Positions 61,415-64,000 of a DNA stretch of 64,000 bases are shown here, in pieces. Source of the DNA: Capsulimonadales bacterium. Its GTDB lineage: Bacteria; Armatimonadota; Armatimonadia; Armatimonadales; Armatimonadaceae. The DNA lies in assembly GCA_033762295.1 (NCBI GenBank), contig JANRLW010000018.1, positions 1-64,000 of the forward strand. The letters run 5' to 3'. Within the stretch, counting starts at the first letter, position 1. Each line of letters opens with the position of its first letter. The position numbers were made by a program, and so were the translations under genes. The notes under the pieces are model-generated. The model was not told where the DNA came from. It searched no databases and saw nothing but the letters and a program-made list of their open reading frames with translations.

Positions 61415-61503
61415 GGATGACCACCGCGAGGATTCGATGTCGGTTCGAGGCAGAAAGACGCCTTCCCCTTTCGTATCGGGGTAATTTTGACGGAGGAATG
61501 ATA

Positions 61504-63540
61504 ATGACGTTCAATTATCGCTCGCATCGGGCAATAGCGGCAGGAGTGCTGGGGACGGCTGTCTTCTCGGCGGTCAGCCTGGCCGCACCGGTCCGGGCGC
61601 AGGTCCCCTTCCGGATCGCCCGCCCCGCCGACGGGCAGACGGTCCGTGAGACGATCCGTTTCCGGGTCCCGCGAACGGCGCTGAAGGAAGTGCAGTATAT
61701 CTCGATCACGGTCGATGATCAGTTCCGAACGAGCGTCGCCGTGCCGTCCGCCTCGGCGTCCGTCATCCGCCGACGCAATCGGACCCCGCGAAAATACCAC
61801 ACCGACTACGTCGATGCCAACGCGCAGTTTGTCGATATCCTCTGGGATACCAAGGGCGGTCAGACACGACAGGCCGAGTTCACCGATCCCGAAGCCGACA
61901 AGGAAAAACTCGCCCAGTCGAACACCGCTCTGAGCGAAGGCGCGCATACGTTCGAATTTGTCGCCCATGACGCCTCCGGTCGGCGCATCGGCACCCAGAC
62001 GCTGACGCTGACGGTGAGCAACCGGGGCGGTCTGGTGATGCCCGCCAGCGGTATCCCGATGGCCTATCGCTTCCGGGTCGGAGATGAGACGCGCTACGGA
62101 CAGACCACCAGCGTCCGCTACATCGGCGAACGCTCCGACTTTACGACCCCGGCGGGTCAGGGCTTCGGCGGCGCAGGCTTCCCCGGACGCGGCGGCTTCC
62201 CCGGTGGCGGCGCGGGCATTCCGGGAGGCGCCGGATTCCAGGGCGGCGGTGGCGGCTTCCCCGGCCGGGGCGGGTTCCCCGGTGGCGGTGCAGGGATTCC
62301 CGGTGGCGGTGGATTCCCCGGACGCGGCGGAGCGGCCGGCGGACGGGGCGGACGCGGTGGCTTCCCCGGAGGCGGCGCAGGGATTCCCGGTGGTGGTGGA
62401 TTCCAGGGTGGCGGCGGCTTCCCCGGCCGGGGCGGGTTCCCCGGTGGTGGCGCGGGTATTCCCGGTGGCGGTGGCTTCCCCGGGCGTGGAGGCTTCCCCG
62501 GCGGCGGAGCCGGATTTGCCGGACGCGGTGGCGGTTTCCCGGGCGCAGGAACGACCGGCGCGCCCCAGACCGGACCGTTTTCTCTGCCGATTCAGGATGT
62601 ACGCGCCCTGTACGAACGCAGCACCGAGGATATGGCGTCGGCCGGCCTCTACTTCCTGCGTGACAAAGTCCTCGATGGCACCATCATCGCCGGCAACGGA
62701 TCGGCGGCGCTTCTCAACGCGATCTACGACTTCAAATCGCGCTATCGTCTGGTTTCCAACGCGGGCGCGGTTCGACAGACCGGCGTAGCGAACGCGTCCC
62801 ACCCGGGCGCGTACGTCTCCCTGCTCATTCCCAACTTGGGCGGCGCACGACGGAAGATCAACGAGACCTGGGTCACCAATACCCCGGTCCTGCTGGAATG
62901 GGCGACGCTCGATACACCGCCGACCGTTCGGGCGACGAACCGACTCGTCGGTCTGGAATGGCAGGATAACTACCAGACGGCCCGAATCGAGCAGACCTAC
63001 AACGGTAAGGCCAACATCCCGATCTTCGGAGGCGCGGGCACGATGGAACGCGCCGATGTCAAGATGAACCGCACGATCTGGCTTGCCTGGCAGTCCGGCA
63101 AGATCATCCGCACCGAAACCACGATCGAAGTGAGCGGGGACGCTCCGGTCAATGTGCTGTCGGCGATGGGAGTGCCGCTTCCCGCCGGTACCGCGGGAGC
63201 CGGCGGACTCGGTGGCCTTGGCGGAGGCGGGCTCGGGATCGGCGGACGCGGCGGTCTGGGCGTCGGCGGAGGCGGCGGTCTGGGAATCGGCGGTCGGGGT
63301 GGTCTGGGCGTTGGCGGATTCGCCGGCGGGTCCGGTTTCCCCGGGGCTCCCGGCTTTGCCGGCGGCGCACCGTCCTTCGCCGGCGGACCGGGCGGGTTGA
63401 CCGGACCGGGCGGCGGTTTCGGCGCCCTGCAGCAGGATGTGGAAGTCCCGGTCGCTCCGGCCAAGTTCCGCTCCATCACGACCGTCACCCTGAACAAACC
63501 GACGACGGCCACGACCCGCACGGTCGCCACTCGCCGGTAA
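61504..63540 (+). CDS. Secreted protein with Ig-like N-domain and two Gly-rich repeat regions
   Basis: SD GGAGG; signal peptide VRA|Q; FPGRGGFPGGGAGIPGG and GGLG[IV]GG repeats. Confidence 0.75.
   Translation: MTFNYRSHRAIAAGVLGTAVFSAVSLAAPVRAQVPFRIARPADGQTVRETIRFRVPRTALKEVQYISITVDDQFRTSVAVPSASASVIRRRNRTPRKYHTDYVDANAQFVDILWDTKGGQTRQAEFTDPEADKEKLAQSNTALSEGAHTFEFVAHDASGRRIGTQTLTLTVSNRGGLVMPASGIPMAYRFRVGDETRYGQTTSVRYIGERSDFTTPAGQGFGGAGFPGRGGFPGGGAGIPGGAGFQGGGGGFPGRGGFPGGGAGIPGGGGFPGRGGAAGGRGGRGGFPGGGAGIPGGGGFQGGGGFPGRGGFPGGGAGIPGGGGFPGRGGFPGGGAGFAGRGGGFPGAGTTGAPQTGPFSLPIQDVRALYERSTEDMASAGLYFLRDKVLDGTIIAGNGSAALLNAIYDFKSRYRLVSNAGAVRQTGVANASHPGAYVSLLIPNLGGARRKINETWVTNTPVLLEWATLDTPPTVRATNRLVGLEWQDNYQTARIEQTYNGKANIPIFGGAGTMERADVKMNRTIWLAWQSGKIIRTETTIEVSGDAPVNVLSAMGVPLPAGTAGAGGLGGLGGGGLGIGGRGGLGVGGGGGLGIGGRGGLGVGGFAGGSGFPGAPGFAGGAPSFAGGPGGLTGPGGGFGALQQDVEVPVAPAKFRSITTVTLNKPTTATTRTVATRR
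62158..62545 (+). repeat. Coding tandem repeats encoding (GGFPGRGGFPGGGAGIPGG)n
   Basis: Directly visible degenerate repeats such as ggcttccccggccggggcgggttccccggtgg. Confidence 0.85.
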
Positions 63541-63559
63541 ATTACGGAATTGTCCGGCT

Positions 63560-63600
63560 AAAGGCTCCCGAACCCTCGTTTCGGGAGCCTTTGCGCTTTT
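63560..63600 (+). terminator. Intrinsic terminator
   Basis: aaaggctcccgaa-ccctcgt-ttcgggagccttt followed by gcgctttt. Confidence 0.8.
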
Positions 63601-63622
63601 CGAGGCGGTATAATGAACTGCT

Positions 63623-64000
63623 ATGCTGCCCTTCGGAAACAATAAACCGACCACGCCCGACGCCCAGATGGAACTGGTGGAGCATCTGGCCGAACTTCGC
63701 GCCCGTATCCTGCGCAGTCTTCTGTACCTTGCGGTCGCCATGTCCGTGACCTGGTTTCTGAACGAATGGGTCTTCTCCGTCCTGGCCTACCCTCTTCAGG
63801 CTGAGATGGCGAAACTGGGACAGCGGAACATTCGAGCCGAGATCAACTACCTCAGCATCGTGCAGCCGTTTCTCCAGAAGATGCAGATTGCCTTCGTTTC
63901 CGGGATCGTGGTTGCCTTTCCGCTGGTCGTGCTCGAGTTGTGGGGGTTCATCGCCCCGGCGTTGACCGAGGAGGAGCGTAAGCCGGTCTACTTCCTGGCG
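63623..64000 (+). CDS. tatC: Twin-arginine translocase TatC (partial, runs off window)
   Basis: Manual translation 'MELVEHLAELRARI', 'PF..KMQIAF..G', 'ELWGFIAPALTEEER'. Confidence 0.92.
   Translation, partial: MLPFGNNKPTTPDAQMELVEHLAELRARILRSLLYLAVAMSVTWFLNEWVFSVLAYPLQAEMAKLGQRNIRAEINYLSIVQPFLQKMQIAFVSGIVVAFPLVVLELWGFIAPALTEEERKPVYFLA

Noticed and set aside
62158..63430. Repeats as a possible CRISPR array
   Set aside because: In-frame degenerate coding repeats with no unique spacers and no cas genes.
61219..63741. 840-aa minus-strand ORF
   Set aside because: Antisense shadow of the Gly-rich gene; the + ORF has an SD, signal peptide and terminator.

Overview
GC-rich bacterial chromosomal segment, most likely Armatimonadota. 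This is inferred from four '[20 protein letters not shown]' prepilin/DUF1559-type genes and three APEPG PEP-CTERM genes. The centre and right carry housekeeping genes (recN-nusB-folD-ispA, CCA-adding enzyme, TrmH methylase, pgm, pyrG, nfi, murB, nth, partial tatC). They also carry a Deinococcus-type crtO, an apnL-apnO-oiaC-like D-apionate operon, an ECF sigma with four CxxC motifs and a cyclase-AAA fusion. The most interesting part is the ~13 kb minus-strand region next to tRNA-Gly(CCC), plus a second locus at 39.5-42.2 kb. Three DUF2946/CruR-like leader ORFs (TM-His...CxxC...R[A/G]PP arrest motif) each head an operon. These operons encode a secreted 4x4 His/Asp heptad-repeat protein, His-bearing prepilin-like proteins, a choice-of-anchor-M PEP-CTERM protein, two paralogous ABC + His-rich TPR modules (PilGHI/Xap-like), DUF58 and a HupE/UreJ protein. 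I infer a metal-starvation, ribosome-stalling-controlled, pilin-based metal capture system; this is a hypothesis, not demonstrated. All family calls are motif recognition by eye; no database search was run. No CRISPR array, rRNA or integrase/transposase was seen.
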